A stretch of DNA of 64,000 nt from Naegleria gruberi (lineage: Eukaryota), in the NCBI GenBank assembly GCA_000004985.1, contig GG738883.1. One strand, given 5' to 3'. Position numbers and translations under genes: made by a program. Position 1 is the stretch's first letter; the number at the start of each line of letters is the position of its first letter. This document shows positions 1-11,553 of this stretch, piece by piece. The notes beneath the pieces are model-generated. The model saw only the letters and a list, made by a program, of their open reading frames with translations, was not told the DNA's origin and made no database searches.

Positions 1-632
1 CCAGCAACAATTGCAAAATTGATGGCAACTCGATTAACATTCGTCTTGATTTCGTCTGAAGTAGGATAAACTCCATTCTTTGCCTGGAATACATTCAACA
101 TATCTCCAAGAACGTATTGAAAAACCATTGGAATAACACCTCTACCAGCAGCTCCTATTAATCCAAAAAAGATTAGTATGAAATTCCAACCAATTATTCT
201 AAAGATGGTGAAATACGAAAGTACGCCAAGTTTAGGTTCTCGAGTGTCGACTATTTTTCGTTCAGTTTCGATTATTTCCTTCTTATTTGGCTTGGTTTCG
301 GTTGTTGTGGAGGAAGATGTTGCTGTTGCTGGAGTTTTCTTGAAAGGATTCAAGCTGAATCGTCTAGAATCGTTAGACGAAACACTTGTTGTAGGCGAAA
401 GTTCAGCATCAGATGATTGTACACTGAGAGAAGAACTTTTACGACCTACAACTGGTAATTCATTAGAAAGCTCTGGATTATTCTTGAATAAATGTTGTTG
501 GGCAGCATTAACATAATTAGGAGAAGTCGAAACTAAACTACTAGACGAATTTTGTTGTTGATAATCTACAGTTCCAAGATTGTTGGATTGAGTTGTTGCA
601 TCAGAGTTTCCTCTATTTCTGAAGGAAGGCAT
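1..632 (-). CDS. ABC transporter (ABCB-like) N-terminal region, partial; runs off the window start
   Basis: Minus-strand reading frame open from ATG at 632..630 to position 1. Translation is MPSFRNRGNSDAT..., then an S/T-rich linker, then a hydrophobic TM segment (FTIFRIIGWNFILIFFGLIGAAGRGVIPMVFQYVLGDML) typical of ABCB N-terminal transmembrane domains. Missing from the ORF track because there is no stop inside the window. Confidence 0.5.
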   Translation of the reverse strand, partial: MPSFRNRGNSDATTQSNNLGTVDYQQQNSSSSLVSTSPNYVNAAQQHLFKNNPELSNELPVVGRKSSSLSVQSSDAELSPTTSVSSNDSRRFSLNPFKKTPATATSSSTTTETKPNKKEIIETERKIVDTREPKLGVLSYFTIFRIIGWNFILIFFGLIGAAGRGVIPMVFQYVLGDMLNVFQAKNGVYPTSDEIKTNVNRVAINFAIVA

Positions 633-1490
633 TTTGTAATGTTACGGTTAATAATTGGGATGATACCAAATACAAACGAAACGTGTGAACTATTCGAAAT
701 CTGTTCACCACAGTGCTAAAACAAGCGGTTCACGGGAGAAATGGTAATATACTATAATACAATAATATCCTGTGATGAAATATTAGTACTATTCAATGAT
801 AAACAGTTATTGGAAACTATTAGAATCTTTCCTCTACTAGTACACCTTTGATGAGATCTGCAGGTATTTGTTTTTTATGCTTGATTGCTTGAATCGCAGA
901 CAAAAATCACAAACAACAACAGGGAAGTGCGATTTAAAGCATCATGCAAATCTTGTGCTGGAATGCAGACGAAATCAGCAGAAAGTCGATAAAGAAAGAC
1001 CATCGTCGTCTTTATTTTTATTGTAACAGGACGCTCACAACTTCTATCAAGGATTACGCAACCATTTTTGGATCTGGTACTGAGCGGCTTGAGGCCCATA
1101 GTTCGAAAGGAAAATTTGTAGTGGAAATCACATGAAATGGAAAATAGATGAATGATTTGTTTGAGGTACAAGTGGTGTTTATGGAAAGATAACAAATATC
1201 ATGGCATTGGTACAATTGGTTCTTTGGAAAGAATGTGAAAAAGTATTCTAATTGTAAGAAGAAACTATTCACTGTAAATTGATACAATATTAGATACAAG
1301 TATTAGATTGATGTGATTAATAGATGATTCAATGTTTTTGCATGTTAATTCCCAAATCGTTACAAAATGAATAATTTAAATAAGTCGAAAATTAAAAAAT
1401 TGATTATTGAAGAGTCCATTCGAACAATTAACCAAACCGTTAAACACTCTCATTTGGAAATTGGCAAAATATTGAAAAAGGTAAAGATAT

Positions 1491-2126
1491 TTAATTCTTG
1501 TAATCATATGGAGTGGTATTTGATTGAGTTTCCAACATTTGACTTGACATTGAACTGGCAGGCATGACAGCATCTTCCTTCTTTTCATAATTTCTCATCA
1601 TGATTAAAAGTGAATCAATAACTGAGAGAGCTCCAAAAACACAACAGACAATCATTGAAGAAAACCACAATGTAACAGTTTCACTCTGTAAACTCACACT
1701 TGCTTCTCCTCTTACAACAGCACCTGAGAGAATGCTACTCATTAGAGAAGTGCCAACCGTGGCCACACTTGAAACCACATAAGCCAAACATAAGGATTTG
1801 TGAGTGAGATTGAAAATCTTCAGACAACAGGATCTGCAACAAGCTTTGGACAGCACATTGTACGCCTTAAAGTTACGTTCACGAATAATTCTCATCAGAA
1901 TTTGATCATAGAAGAAGAGTGCAGAGAGGATGACTGTGAGAAGGGAGAAGAATAATGGAATTGCCATCAAGATGTAATATTCAATATTGGCGGAGGTTGA
2001 TTGAACCTTAACAGCATAGTAGGAAACTGAGGAGATTTGCAATAAGGAAGATAATAAGGAGAGAACAAAGGAGGTTCCCGAAATGATTCCCAATATAATT
2101 TTACCAGCTTTTGATGCTTTTCCCAT
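1491..2126 (-). CDS. small polytopic (about 4-TM) membrane protein, unknown function
   Basis: 211-aa ORF with four clear hydrophobic helices. No recognisable catalytic motif. Confidence 0.4.
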   Translation of the reverse strand: MGKASKAGKIILGIISGTSFVLSLLSSLLQISSVSYYAVKVQSTSANIEYYILMAIPLFFSLLTVILSALFFYDQILMRIIRERNFKAYNVLSKACCRSCCLKIFNLTHKSLCLAYVVSSVATVGTSLMSSILSGAVVRGEASVSLQSETVTLWFSSMIVCCVFGALSVIDSLLIMMRNYEKKEDAVMPASSMSSQMLETQSNTTPYDYKN

Positions 2127-2345
2127 GATGATGATGATGTTATAACTCTATGATGATGCTGAAGATGTTTTTCTTTAAATAACGCTTATTAAGCACAAAA
2201 TATCAAGCCAAATAAATTATTCAAGAGGAAGTGGGTTGGTTGTTATTGTATGAAAGAGATCACAAGCAATAACTCTTCGAGTGGTGCCCTTGAAAGAACA
2301 ATTAAGGTATTTTTTCTGGTAATTTAATTTTCACATGCTTGTGAA

Positions 2346-3482
2346 TCAATTGAAAATTAAAACCTGATTCTTCTCACAATCCACAAGATATAATTCTCCA
2401 GTCTTGTCATTGATGCACATTCCATCGGGCAGTTCAAAATTTTCCTCAACTTGTGAATCATTCTTAAAAGTTCGTACAGTTTTAACATTCTTTCCTTCAG
2501 AATCCATAATGGCAATGGTTGAGGTTCCTTCACTAACAAAGATATGTCTCTTAACTGGATCAAACATGACATAGGAAGGACACTGAGTGTGTAAGCTCTT
2601 CTTACTAACGAGAACATCACCAACTTTGTAAAGAAAGTGAAGATTAGGGGCAAAGGATGGGTTATGCTCTATCATAATAATGTCTTCGTTTTGGTCTAGG
2701 CAAATTCCAATAGGTTGTCTTAATGAACTGTGTAAATACTCATCTGCATAATCATTGTCCTCTTGCACTAAATGAGATGGGATAAATGTTGTGAAAGTTT
2801 CAATTAGAGAGCCATCACTCGATGCAAATGTTAGGATTTTGTTATTGCCTGTATCACACAAGAGAATGATTGCATTCTCATCCATTTTACACTTTTCATT
2901 CTTATACTTGTTCGAATACGAAACAGCAATACCACTAGGCAATTCAAGTTCATATTCCTCATCATTTGTCTCTCCAATTTTCCAGACATATCGCAATGCT
3001 TTACCTTCAAGAGCATCACCAATCATTTCAGCCAAATCAAACTTGTATAAAAATCCAGACTCTACACTCAAATATAAATATTCCTTCTCCCTTCTCTTAT
3101 CCATTTCAATGGCCAAATATCTCGTGACGTGACCAATCTTGATAGTACACTTTAATTCACAACTCTCCAAATCCAATATCTGCAATGATTCATTCTCCGA
3201 ATCACTCACAATAATACACCCACTCAAATGAGAAATCTTTACATCATACGGAAGGAGAAATCCAGATCGAATCAAACTCTTCTTCTCAAACAAGGTAGAA
3301 TACGGCAGAGGATGATACAATTTTCGGAACAAGAGTTTTGATTTTAGAAAATTAAAACTTGTTGTTTGCCGTAATGGTGCATCTCCGACCATGAGAGTAG
3401 TAGTTTTAGATGTATTTTCATTATTTAATAACTGTTCCGATTCTTGATAATGATGAGTAGTTAGTTGATCATGAGTAGACAT
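2346..3482 (-). CDS. NHL-repeat beta-propeller protein
   Basis: 378-aa ORF with repeated NHL-like motifs (LLCDTGNNKILTF, IFVSEGTSTIAIMDSEGK, LYLVDCEKNQVLIFN). Confidence 0.55.
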   Translation of the reverse strand: MSTHDQLTTHHYQESEQLLNNENTSKTTTLMVGDAPLRQTTSFNFLKSKLLFRKLYHPLPYSTLFEKKSLIRSGFLLPYDVKISHLSGCIIVSDSENESLQILDLESCELKCTIKIGHVTRYLAIEMDKRREKEYLYLSVESGFLYKFDLAEMIGDALEGKALRYVWKIGETNDEEYELELPSGIAVSYSNKYKNEKCKMDENAIILLCDTGNNKILTFASSDGSLIETFTTFIPSHLVQEDNDYADEYLHSSLRQPIGICLDQNEDIIMIEHNPSFAPNLHFLYKVGDVLVSKKSLHTQCPSYVMFDPVKRHIFVSEGTSTIAIMDSEGKNVKTVRTFKNDSQVEENFELPDGMCINDKTGELYLVDCEKNQVLIFN

Positions 3483-4055
3483 TTTTTAAAGTTTGTATTT
3501 GTATTTTAAAATTGATAGTTTAAACTGAATTGAAATGTTGTTGAGGTGAATTTGGAATGTGAAGTTTTGAACAGAGAACCAATAATAATTAACGATTCAT
3601 ATTCAAAGATGAACCAAAGACAATTTTAGGCATTTTTTATAAAATTATTTTAATTTATTAAAATTGAATTTAATCTATGAGAATTAAGATTCCTTTAAGA
3701 TTTTTTGAATATTGATTGGCCAAATTGATAAAAATATGAAAATATCAGAGAATGATTACTGACATTTCCAATGGTATGAAGGAAAAGTTTATTACAGTTT
3801 GGACGAACTTCAGAACGCCCCCGATTCTCCTTCACTATCACTGAAGCATTTGATTAGTGACATTTCTCTTCAAATTCACTTGACAGCTCTCCCACCCAAC
3901 AATTTCAATGTAAGGAAAAAAAACAAATTGACAATCAAATAAAAACATCAAGTCCTGCAAACTAATAACAAGCTCATCAATTAACTGAAACATTCCTTTA
4001 AAAACATAAAGAAGAATTTTCAAAAACAACAAATCTGTCAGCCTTCAGTTAGAGA

Positions 4056-6761
4056 ATGGCTTTTCATAAAAAAAAATTCAACATGCCAAATCCCATTAAA
4101 TTCCACTCACAAAGCGAAAGTTCTTCCACCTCAGAACAACACCATCACCACCACTTACCTCCTCAGCAGCAACAGCAACAACAACAAACTTTAGGCTCTT
4201 CAACACCAATTCCCCCGCCAAAACCAGCACATCTCTCTGCTAGTAGCACAACCAACAGTAATACAACAACGACGACGCAGCAGCTGTTGCAGGCCAATTT
4301 TACAGTGAATAGAACAACAACAACAGCAAATAATAATGGCGCCAAACAAAGTACTTCGCCAACTTCTTCTTCTTTGCAACATGTTGTAGGAAGTAATAAT
4401 ACAATTACAAATACAAATAATAATTCGAGTAGTAGTGGAACGAATGGATCGCCTTCTCCATTGTCTTCTTTCCAAGATAATGGTGAAAATACTCCAATAA
4501 TTCATACACCAACACCACAACCACAACAACATACCACAACATCACATTCCTTTGGATTTAGTATTATTGGAAATAGGAGAGGATCTACATCCCAATCTTC
4601 GGGTTCTAGAAATTCTGTAAAATCTCCTATTACCAATCAATTTATTCAACATGCTGATAATACTTTCCCAATAACAGAGGGAAATAATTCTCTATTATCT
4701 TCTTGGACTTGTAAACATAAAGGACCAGTATTGGTGGTGAGAGTTTCGAGAATTGAACATTTAAATGTTTATCCTTCATCAGCAGAGAAGGCAAATAATT
4801 CATCATCCACAACATCTTCCAATGCTTCGACACCAGCCACTCCTCAGAATAAGCAAACTCCAACAACATCCAATAATAATAATAATACTTCATCAACAAC
4901 ATCAGCTGTAACAACCAGTTCAACAACATCGAGTAGTAGTACCAGTGGTTTTGTTTCAACCAATGAAAAGTTTAGTAATTACAATCCTCATGTTGTTGTT
5001 GGTTATGGAAGATTAAAGACATTGAAGAATGATTCGGAAGATGCCATTCCAATCTTTGAACAAAGGACAAAAACCTTGCAGAGTGAAGTCTTTCCAATCT
5101 ATAATACTGTCTTTGAGTTTCCATTGCTCACTATGGACTTTTCAGCTAGGGGAAAGAAATTATCAGAGCTAGTAAAGAACTTCCCTGATCAACTGTTTTC
5201 CTCCGAGGCACACCAACATGCTGACAGTGATGCACACATTGAGGATACTACAGTATTATCTTTCAAGGTTTTATCTCACAATCGTTACAAGAAGAAACAG
5301 GAATCTGTAATTGCTGTCGCAGAATTAAATTTGGGAGATTTACCTCACGTTACCAATGATGAAAAGATTTTCCTAAGAATGAGAAAACCTGGTGAACCTT
5401 TGAGAAAATCAGACATGATTAATGGAGGAGAGGTATTACCAGAAAATCAACCAATTTTACATTTGGATGTCAAAGTTGTATGGAATAATGAAATATACAA
5501 ATCAATCGGAGACGATGAATCTTCAACTTCATATGATAAGTGGAATGACATTCTTACTCAATTCTACATTCAGGATATGGGAGATGATGAATTTGATAAT
5601 GATCCCATGCTAGCTAGGAGACAAGAAGACATGTTCAAATCAATGGACCGACTCATGAATCAATGTGAGTTGTTAAAACTTGTAACCTTCCCTCTTCCAC
5701 ACACATGGCACATGATTGGTAAGCAAGACAAACTCATTCTTGTCTCACCAACACAACTTACCAATGAGGAAATCTTTACCGATAACATTAATGTTTATTA
5801 TGTATACGAGAGCAATACTAAAAAAGTATTGGAAGAAATGCTTAAAAATAGTGAAAAAAGATCCTACTTTGGTTTGGCAATGCCACTTCACAATTTTAAA
5901 ATGCTGTCAAATTGGCAAGGATACAGATTTGCATGTTATTACTCACTTTATAACAAGATTTATCATCAAAATGTTATTGGAATTCAGACCAAGATTGGTG
6001 TCAGCTATATTCTTCAATATGTTTCCAATTGTGGCTCATTTAATCAACCTGTGTTTGATAAAATGTTGGAAAGACTTACCATCCTTCCGTCAGTCTACTC
6101 CAAAGATCTGGAAAGAGGAAAGATTTGGTGTGGTGCTGTTCCTTGTGCATGGAGAGGAGTTTCCAAAGATTCAATCATTCACTTGTACTCTCCTTATCAA
6201 TGTAATGGAAAATTGAATTGTACCGATCAAATCATGCTTCAACCATTTGTCAACAACATGTCCACTATGGAGAGAATAAGATTTATTTTGAAAAAGTATA
6301 TGGATGATGCTGACTTTGAAGGATTGGAAATTCTACATGGTCCACTAGCTACCGATTTGAATGATCACACAGATAGTGTCATGTATGAGGAGTATAATCA
6401 TTATTCGGATTTGGAACAATTGGAATCTTCAGAGAATGTTGATCATACATTTGAGCCACCATTCTGGATCAATAGAAGAAAAGCACTCCCTGATAATCTT
6501 AACATTTCCAAAGATAACCTTGAGGAGGCTTCTACCATTACTTTTGCTGTGAAAATGAAGGCCAAACCACCAACAAACACCTACGATGTACCTCCACCAT
6601 CTTCCTTCTGCAATTCTTACTACATCTACCAAAAGACTGTAGTAATGAAAATGAAAAATGTTGACTATCAACTTAACATTAGTTACAAAACAACACTCAA
6701 CAGCCATCTAGTTTCAGAAGGAGCTTTTAACAGACTAGTTCAATCCATCAGATTGACCTAA
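4056..6761 (+). CDS. large hypothetical protein with Q/N/T/S-rich low-complexity N-terminus
   Basis: 901-aa uninterrupted ORF. N-terminal His, Gln, Thr and Asn homopolymer tracts, then a roughly 600-aa non-repetitive region without a motif I can name. Confidence 0.55.
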   Translation: MAFHKKKFNMPNPIKFHSQSESSSTSEQHHHHHLPPQQQQQQQQTLGSSTPIPPPKPAHLSASSTTNSNTTTTTQQLLQANFTVNRTTTTANNNGAKQSTSPTSSSLQHVVGSNNTITNTNNNSSSSGTNGSPSPLSSFQDNGENTPIIHTPTPQPQQHTTTSHSFGFSIIGNRRGSTSQSSGSRNSVKSPITNQFIQHADNTFPITEGNNSLLSSWTCKHKGPVLVVRVSRIEHLNVYPSSAEKANNSSSTTSSNASTPATPQNKQTPTTSNNNNNTSSTTSAVTTSSTTSSSSTSGFVSTNEKFSNYNPHVVVGYGRLKTLKNDSEDAIPIFEQRTKTLQSEVFPIYNTVFEFPLLTMDFSARGKKLSELVKNFPDQLFSSEAHQHADSDAHIEDTTVLSFKVLSHNRYKKKQESVIAVAELNLGDLPHVTNDEKIFLRMRKPGEPLRKSDMINGGEVLPENQPILHLDVKVVWNNEIYKSIGDDESSTSYDKWNDILTQFYIQDMGDDEFDNDPMLARRQEDMFKSMDRLMNQCELLKLVTFPLPHTWHMIGKQDKLILVSPTQLTNEEIFTDNINVYYVYESNTKKVLEEMLKNSEKRSYFGLAMPLHNFKMLSNWQGYRFACYYSLYNKIYHQNVIGIQTKIGVSYILQYVSNCGSFNQPVFDKMLERLTILPSVYSKDLERGKIWCGAVPCAWRGVSKDSIIHLYSPYQCNGKLNCTDQIMLQPFVNNMSTMERIRFILKKYMDDADFEGLEILHGPLATDLNDHTDSVMYEEYNHYSDLEQLESSENVDHTFEPPFWINRRKALPDNLNISKDNLEEASTITFAVKMKAKPPTNTYDVPPPSSFCNSYYIYQKTVVMKMKNVDYQLNISYKTTLNSHLVSEGAFNRLVQSIRLT

Positions 6762-6799
6762 ATAAATTTAGAATCTTGCTAGGAATAACCTTTTATTTA

Positions 6800-7789
6800 T
6801 CAGCAAGAATAACATAAGGTATAACTCAAATCAAGAATATCCAATTCCATTTCATGAAGTTTCTTGGCTCCTTCATTATCAATCTGAGTGTGAGTAGCAA
6901 CAAGTTCCTTCAATTGTTTCATTCCACTAATTAGCTGGGCTTCTTCATTACTTATTCTATTTTGACTTATATTAAGCTTTGTCAATAGTGGAAGTTCAAT
7001 AATCGATTTAATTCCTTCATTTTGAATGCTATTTCGGGTAAGGTTTAGTTCTGTTAAATTCTCAAGTTGACTCACTGATTTAGCTCCTTTATCTTGAATA
7101 TAATTGGCAAGTAAGTTTAGTTTTTTTAATTGAGATAGTTCACCCAAATATTGAGCACCTTTGCATGCTATCCGATTGTCATTCAAATCAAGAATGGTCA
7201 ATTGTTTTAATTTACTTATTGATCTAGCTCCTTCTTCTGTTATAAAATTGCTAGCAATAGAAAGATTGGTCAATTTACTCAATTCACCAATGTACGCGGC
7301 TCCTAAATCTCCAATTCCATTGAAATTAATATTTAAAACAGTCAACTGAGTCAATTTACAGATTGATTCAGCTCCTTCGTGTGAGAGAAAATTCTCTGCC
7401 ACATTAAGTTCCGTTAATGTGGTCAATTGGCCAATAATCTCGGCTCCTGCATCATGAAGTCTGTTAAATCCAATAGAAAGTTTGGTCAACCTATTCATAG
7501 AGCAAAGAAAAACATTCCATTTATCTAACTTTTTCACAACTGATAATCCAAATTTAACATTTTCTAAACATTTCAGTAGTTGACTATTTGTTTGTTGGTG
7601 CAGCACATCTTCATCTTTTAATTGCTCATTGAAAAATATTGAAAGTTTAGAATGGTTTCGGATAACATTCATCCACTGTTTGTTTATCAGTGCACAGCTC
7701 TTGATAACAAATCGAGCATCATCAAAGAAAGACAATATTTCATAACAAACATCATCAGAAAATATATCGTCTAAACTTTGTTTCGTCAT
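6800..7789 (-). CDS. F-box / RNI-like leucine-rich-repeat protein
   Basis: N-terminal F-box-like DDVCYEILSFFDDARFVIKSCALINKQW. About 9 tandem 24-28-aa repeats of form L-x-x-L-x-L-x-x-N-x-I-x-x-E-G-A-x-x-I (ribonuclease-inhibitor type LRR). Confidence 0.75.
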   Translation of the reverse strand: MTKQSLDDIFSDDVCYEILSFFDDARFVIKSCALINKQWMNVIRNHSKLSIFFNEQLKDEDVLHQQTNSQLLKCLENVKFGLSVVKKLDKWNVFLCSMNRLTKLSIGFNRLHDAGAEIIGQLTTLTELNVAENFLSHEGAESICKLTQLTVLNINFNGIGDLGAAYIGELSKLTNLSIASNFITEEGARSISKLKQLTILDLNDNRIACKGAQYLGELSQLKKLNLLANYIQDKGAKSVSQLENLTELNLTRNSIQNEGIKSIIELPLLTKLNISQNRISNEEAQLISGMKQLKELVATHTQIDNEGAKKLHEMELDILDLSYTLCYSC

Positions 7790-7949
7790 TTTTTATTCTT
7801 AATTTAAAATCAATAAAGCACTATATCAAAAATTTGAAAATTCACAACATTTTGAACTTCTAATGAACAATTTCAGTTCTATGCAACTCCTTAAATGAGT
7901 CAACTTTCATTCCTCACTGATAGTTGCCCACATCAAGAAAGTGGAAAAT

Positions 7950-8750
7950 ATGATCACTGATAGTTGCCCACTGTATGGAAAGTATGATATTGACAAGGTA
8001 AAGGTTTTACAATGCAATTCAGAGACGTTTCGAATTTTCGATTTTTTGAATATTAAAAAAATGCAATTAAACAGTGATCAATGTTGCGTAACCTTTCCTC
8101 TCGATCTCACCATCTCTTCCGAACTTGTCATGAGCAAACTTCGAGATATTCCACCAAAAGAAAAATCCACCAAAATTACACAACCAATTTTTACCTTTAT
8201 TGAAAATAGAAAGTATTATCCATTGTCTTTTAAGCAAGTGGTGATAACGGAGAATTTAGATGTAATTCGTGATCGTAAATTTATTATTCACGAAATGGTT
8301 GAATATTACAACAAATGTAAAAGTCAGTTGATTGGTATTTGGCGTGAGGTTGTGAGCTATTTGAAATTGTGGAATGAAAGAGAATTTGTATTGGAAATGA
8401 TGAAGAAATTTGGTTACTTGTTGGATGAGTTTGTAAAGAAGGAGGAGTTTTTGGAGGATCGAGAGATTATTCTATATTCTATTAGATCATGTTATGGCAA
8501 TTATTCGATTGTGAAGGAAAAATTTAGAAATGATAAGGAAATTACAATGATTGCAGTTGGCCAATCACCAGATTTATTAAGATATGCATCTGAAGCAATG
8601 AAAGCTGATAGAGATGTTGTAAAAATTGCCTTATTGCAGAGTGGATACGCTTTCAAATATATTTCAGAAGAAGTGAAGAAGGATCGAGAGTTTATTTCAT
8701 CCATTTTCAATCACAATAAGGATATGATTGAATACATTTATTCCTTTTGA
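7950..8750 (+). CDS. DUF4116-like repeat protein
   Basis: ORF track 7941..8750 (GTG start); first ATG at 7950. C-terminal half has 3 repeats resembling DUF4116 (EIILYSIRSCYGNYSIV..., EITMIAVGQSPDLLRYASEAMKADRDVV, KIALLQSGYAFKYISEEVKKDREFI). Confidence 0.45.
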   Translation: MITDSCPLYGKYDIDKVKVLQCNSETFRIFDFLNIKKMQLNSDQCCVTFPLDLTISSELVMSKLRDIPPKEKSTKITQPIFTFIENRKYYPLSFKQVVITENLDVIRDRKFIIHEMVEYYNKCKSQLIGIWREVVSYLKLWNEREFVLEMMKKFGYLLDEFVKKEEFLEDREIILYSIRSCYGNYSIVKEKFRNDKEITMIAVGQSPDLLRYASEAMKADRDVVKIALLQSGYAFKYISEEVKKDREFISSIFNHNKDMIEYIYSF

Positions 8751-8877
8751 ATTAACTGAAAAGAAACCAGCAACTTTTCAACCTTTGGAATCAATTGGTT
8801 AGTTACGGAACCACATATTCCAATTAAAAGTGAAGAGCATTTTAGTGATAATTTCTAACACGCTTTCCATTCAGTAA

Positions 8878-10485
8878 TTATAAAACAACACATAAAGATG
8901 ATGATGGTTGTTTGAAAATTGTGGAATTCATCAAATGGTGATAAATTGTCTCATTTTCTTCCCTCAAACAAACATCAAGAGGCGTCTCATTCTTTTCATT
9001 CTTCAATGACAAATCGAAAAAGTAGATCCTTTCTTTGGGTGGTAAATCTTTCAAACTATTCTCAATTGAAACCAGTAAAGATTTTTTACCATAATTGCAG
9101 AGATAGTGTGCCAATGTTGATCCGTTCATCATTTTGTGGTTCATTGAAATCTTGTACTTGATTAGTAAATCCACCTTTCCAAATGTCTTGATAAATGGAA
9201 CAAGAGCATTCAATCCATCAACCTTATTAACAACCGAGAAGAGTTCATTCATTTCAGCTGTAACTGTTTTAGTATTTCCCATAGCCAAATAGTGTATAAT
9301 AAATTCTACAGTTGGTGGTTCTGATTGAGTAAGTGCATAATTAATGATGTTTCTTCCTCGCATGTCCAATGTTTTGGTATCCAAGCTCAAATAGGAATAA
9401 TGATGTAGAAAGAAATAGATATTCCTCAATTGTTGATGAAATGCGTGTGTCTTTTCTTTGTTTGTGAGGAATTTCAGTCTATACTGTTCCAGACGATTCC
9501 TTCTCAGATTATATTTGGAAATTAATTCTTCAAAGTGAAATTTCATGACCAATTCCAAGTCCTTTGTTTCGTCCAATAAAATACAAGCTCGAGTATATGA
9601 ATCAAACTCTAATTCAACATTTGGAAGTACCTCTCTATACATTTCCTTCTCCATTCTGAGTTTCTCTTCTTTATCCGAAACTCCATAATCAGATGAAGTA
9701 TCTGGAAATGATACTACCTTCTTCAATTGAGAAAAACACTTTAAAACACAAAGAGAACTGATTTTCGTTTCTCTTTCATAATTTCCAGACGAATTAATAT
9801 TGAACTGAGCTAGAGAAACTTGTTCAATTCCACATTTTTCAATTCCCTTCCTTAAATATTGTAAACTTTCAAAATCTTTCAATAAACAACTTTCTAACAC
9901 GAATCCACATTCAGAAAATGGTTCACTCCTTCTAGGAAACATATCAATAGATATTTTAAAGGTACAATTCACAAACGAAAGCTTTCGAACAGTTCCTCCC
10001 CATTCAGAAATCAATAAAAAGAATAATGGATCATTAAACTCCATATTCTTCAATATCAATTTATCCAATTTTCTAAAATTCTTCAACACTGTTCGAAAGA
10101 ATAAAAACCAATCAGCTGCTTTTTTCTGCTTGAAAGTTCTCTCAACCAACATGAATAGTATTTTGGTTCCATTTTGGGAAGTCTTTCCATTTCAATTTTC
10201 ATCACATCACGAAAATATTAATTTAAGATTTAATATTATTCAAAATATACCAACCTCCTTTCCATTATCATCATCTATACGATCAATCATCATATTATTA
10301 TACGAATATACAAAAGTATCATCCCAATGCAATTCCGAACACTCCTCTTGCATGCATTCCTTACACAATTCCAACCAACTCGATGAAACTCTTTGTAATT
10401 GGAAAAGATAAGGAATTGGTGGCAAAAACGACAAGATACTCTGAAATACATCAAAGCAAAGTTTGTTGAATGGATTTTCTGGCAT
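8878..10485 (-). CDS. F-box protein with ankyrin-like C-terminal region; proposed 2-exon model complement(join(8878..10182,10255..10485))
   Basis: Exon 1 (10485..10255) encodes an F-box (FNKLCFDVFQSILSFLPPIPYLFQLQRVSSSW). A GAG|GTTGGT donor and a 72-nt intron ending GGAAAG| give phase-0 continuity into the 424-aa ORF 8878..10152, which has ankyrin-like repeats. Unspliced, the F-box ORF stops after 5 more codons. Confidence 0.5.
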
Positions 10486-10635
10486 TTTTTTTTTTGTAAA
10501 CTTTACAAAAAATTCAAAAGTTCAATACATGAAAAATATTATTAACCTGTTATTTACTTAATAATTAGAATTTTCAAATTCTTAAAAAGATAACAAGTTT
10601 GCAATTTTATATTTCAAATTAATTTGAAAAAAAAA

Positions 10636-11553
10636 ATGCACGCATTATCAACATCATTTCTTCCCATTCACGAGATGATCAAGTGTAGAAGAGTAAATTC
10701 TCTATGGAAACATAGTGTGCATTCCGATCAACCATTTTGGAAGAGCATGTTTGTAAATTATTATGAAATTGATCAATATTTTCATTACGATGATGAAGAT
10801 GAAGATAATAGGGTTCATTCTTGTTGGTTATACAAATTATTAAGAATTTTGGCTAAAATTCCAAAAAAGCAAATTAATGATCATGATGAAGTGTTTAATC
10901 CAAATAGCTTGGAATGTGTGAAGAATTACGAATCACTATTTTCCAAAGTATATCCTTATGATTATTGTTCATCTGCTATGGTTGTGAATGATGAACAAAA
11001 GGTCTCTTTTAAATTTAATGAGGAAATTTCAAAAACGAGTGTTCTTGAAGTGTTGGATCACTTTTTGATTGTAATTATTTATGATGCATTGACACTCTCT
11101 GGATATACACCAAATTTACTAATCGACAAATTAATGGTTCAGCTCTATGATTTTGAGCTTACTAAGCATGTTGTAAAAACCATTCCATTATTGACATTTC
11201 TGACCTGCTTTTTTAAAGTGGAGAGTTATAGAAATAATTGCTTCAAGCTTGCTAAAAAACTATTCTCTGTCGAGTGTCTTGATAATGTTTGTGTTGGATT
11301 GAATATGGAAAACTTTGTGGGGCTGATAGAAATTGGAGAAATGACAAATCCAAATACAACTTTTATTGATGAGGAATTATTGGAAGACCCATGTTCTGAA
11401 TTTCGATTATCATTATGTGAAGGAAGCATCATTCCATCCTACTTTAATGCTGGTGGAGGATGGATTGACAGTGCAGATACCAGCTTGCGAGTCAATTCTC
11501 AAGATGGATCCATAGTAGATGTTGAAAGACTGTCAACAAGACAATTTTACTAA
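10636..11553 (+). CDS. F-box-like hypothetical protein
   Basis: ATG at 10636. N-terminus LSTSFLPIHEMIKCRRVNSLWKHSV is F-box-like. Rest unassigned. Confidence 0.45.
   Translation: MHALSTSFLPIHEMIKCRRVNSLWKHSVHSDQPFWKSMFVNYYEIDQYFHYDDEDEDNRVHSCWLYKLLRILAKIPKKQINDHDEVFNPNSLECVKNYESLFSKVYPYDYCSSAMVVNDEQKVSFKFNEEISKTSVLEVLDHFLIVIIYDALTLSGYTPNLLIDKLMVQLYDFELTKHVVKTIPLLTFLTCFFKVESYRNNCFKLAKKLFSVECLDNVCVGLNMENFVGLIEIGEMTNPNTTFIDEELLEDPCSEFRLSLCEGSIIPSYFNAGGGWIDSADTSLRVNSQDGSIVDVERLSTRQFY

Noticed and set aside
4163-4532. Minus-strand ORFs 4163-4345 and 4200-4532 (poly-C/V-rich)
   Set aside because: Antisense of the CAA/CAG and ACA repeats encoding the poly-Q/poly-T N-terminus of the 4056-6761 gene.
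7913-7970. 16-bp direct repeat cactgatagttgccca at 7913 and 7955 just upstream of or overlapping the DUF4116-like gene start
   Set aside because: A short local duplication without flanking inverted repeats or a target-site duplication pattern. It is not enough to call a mobile element.
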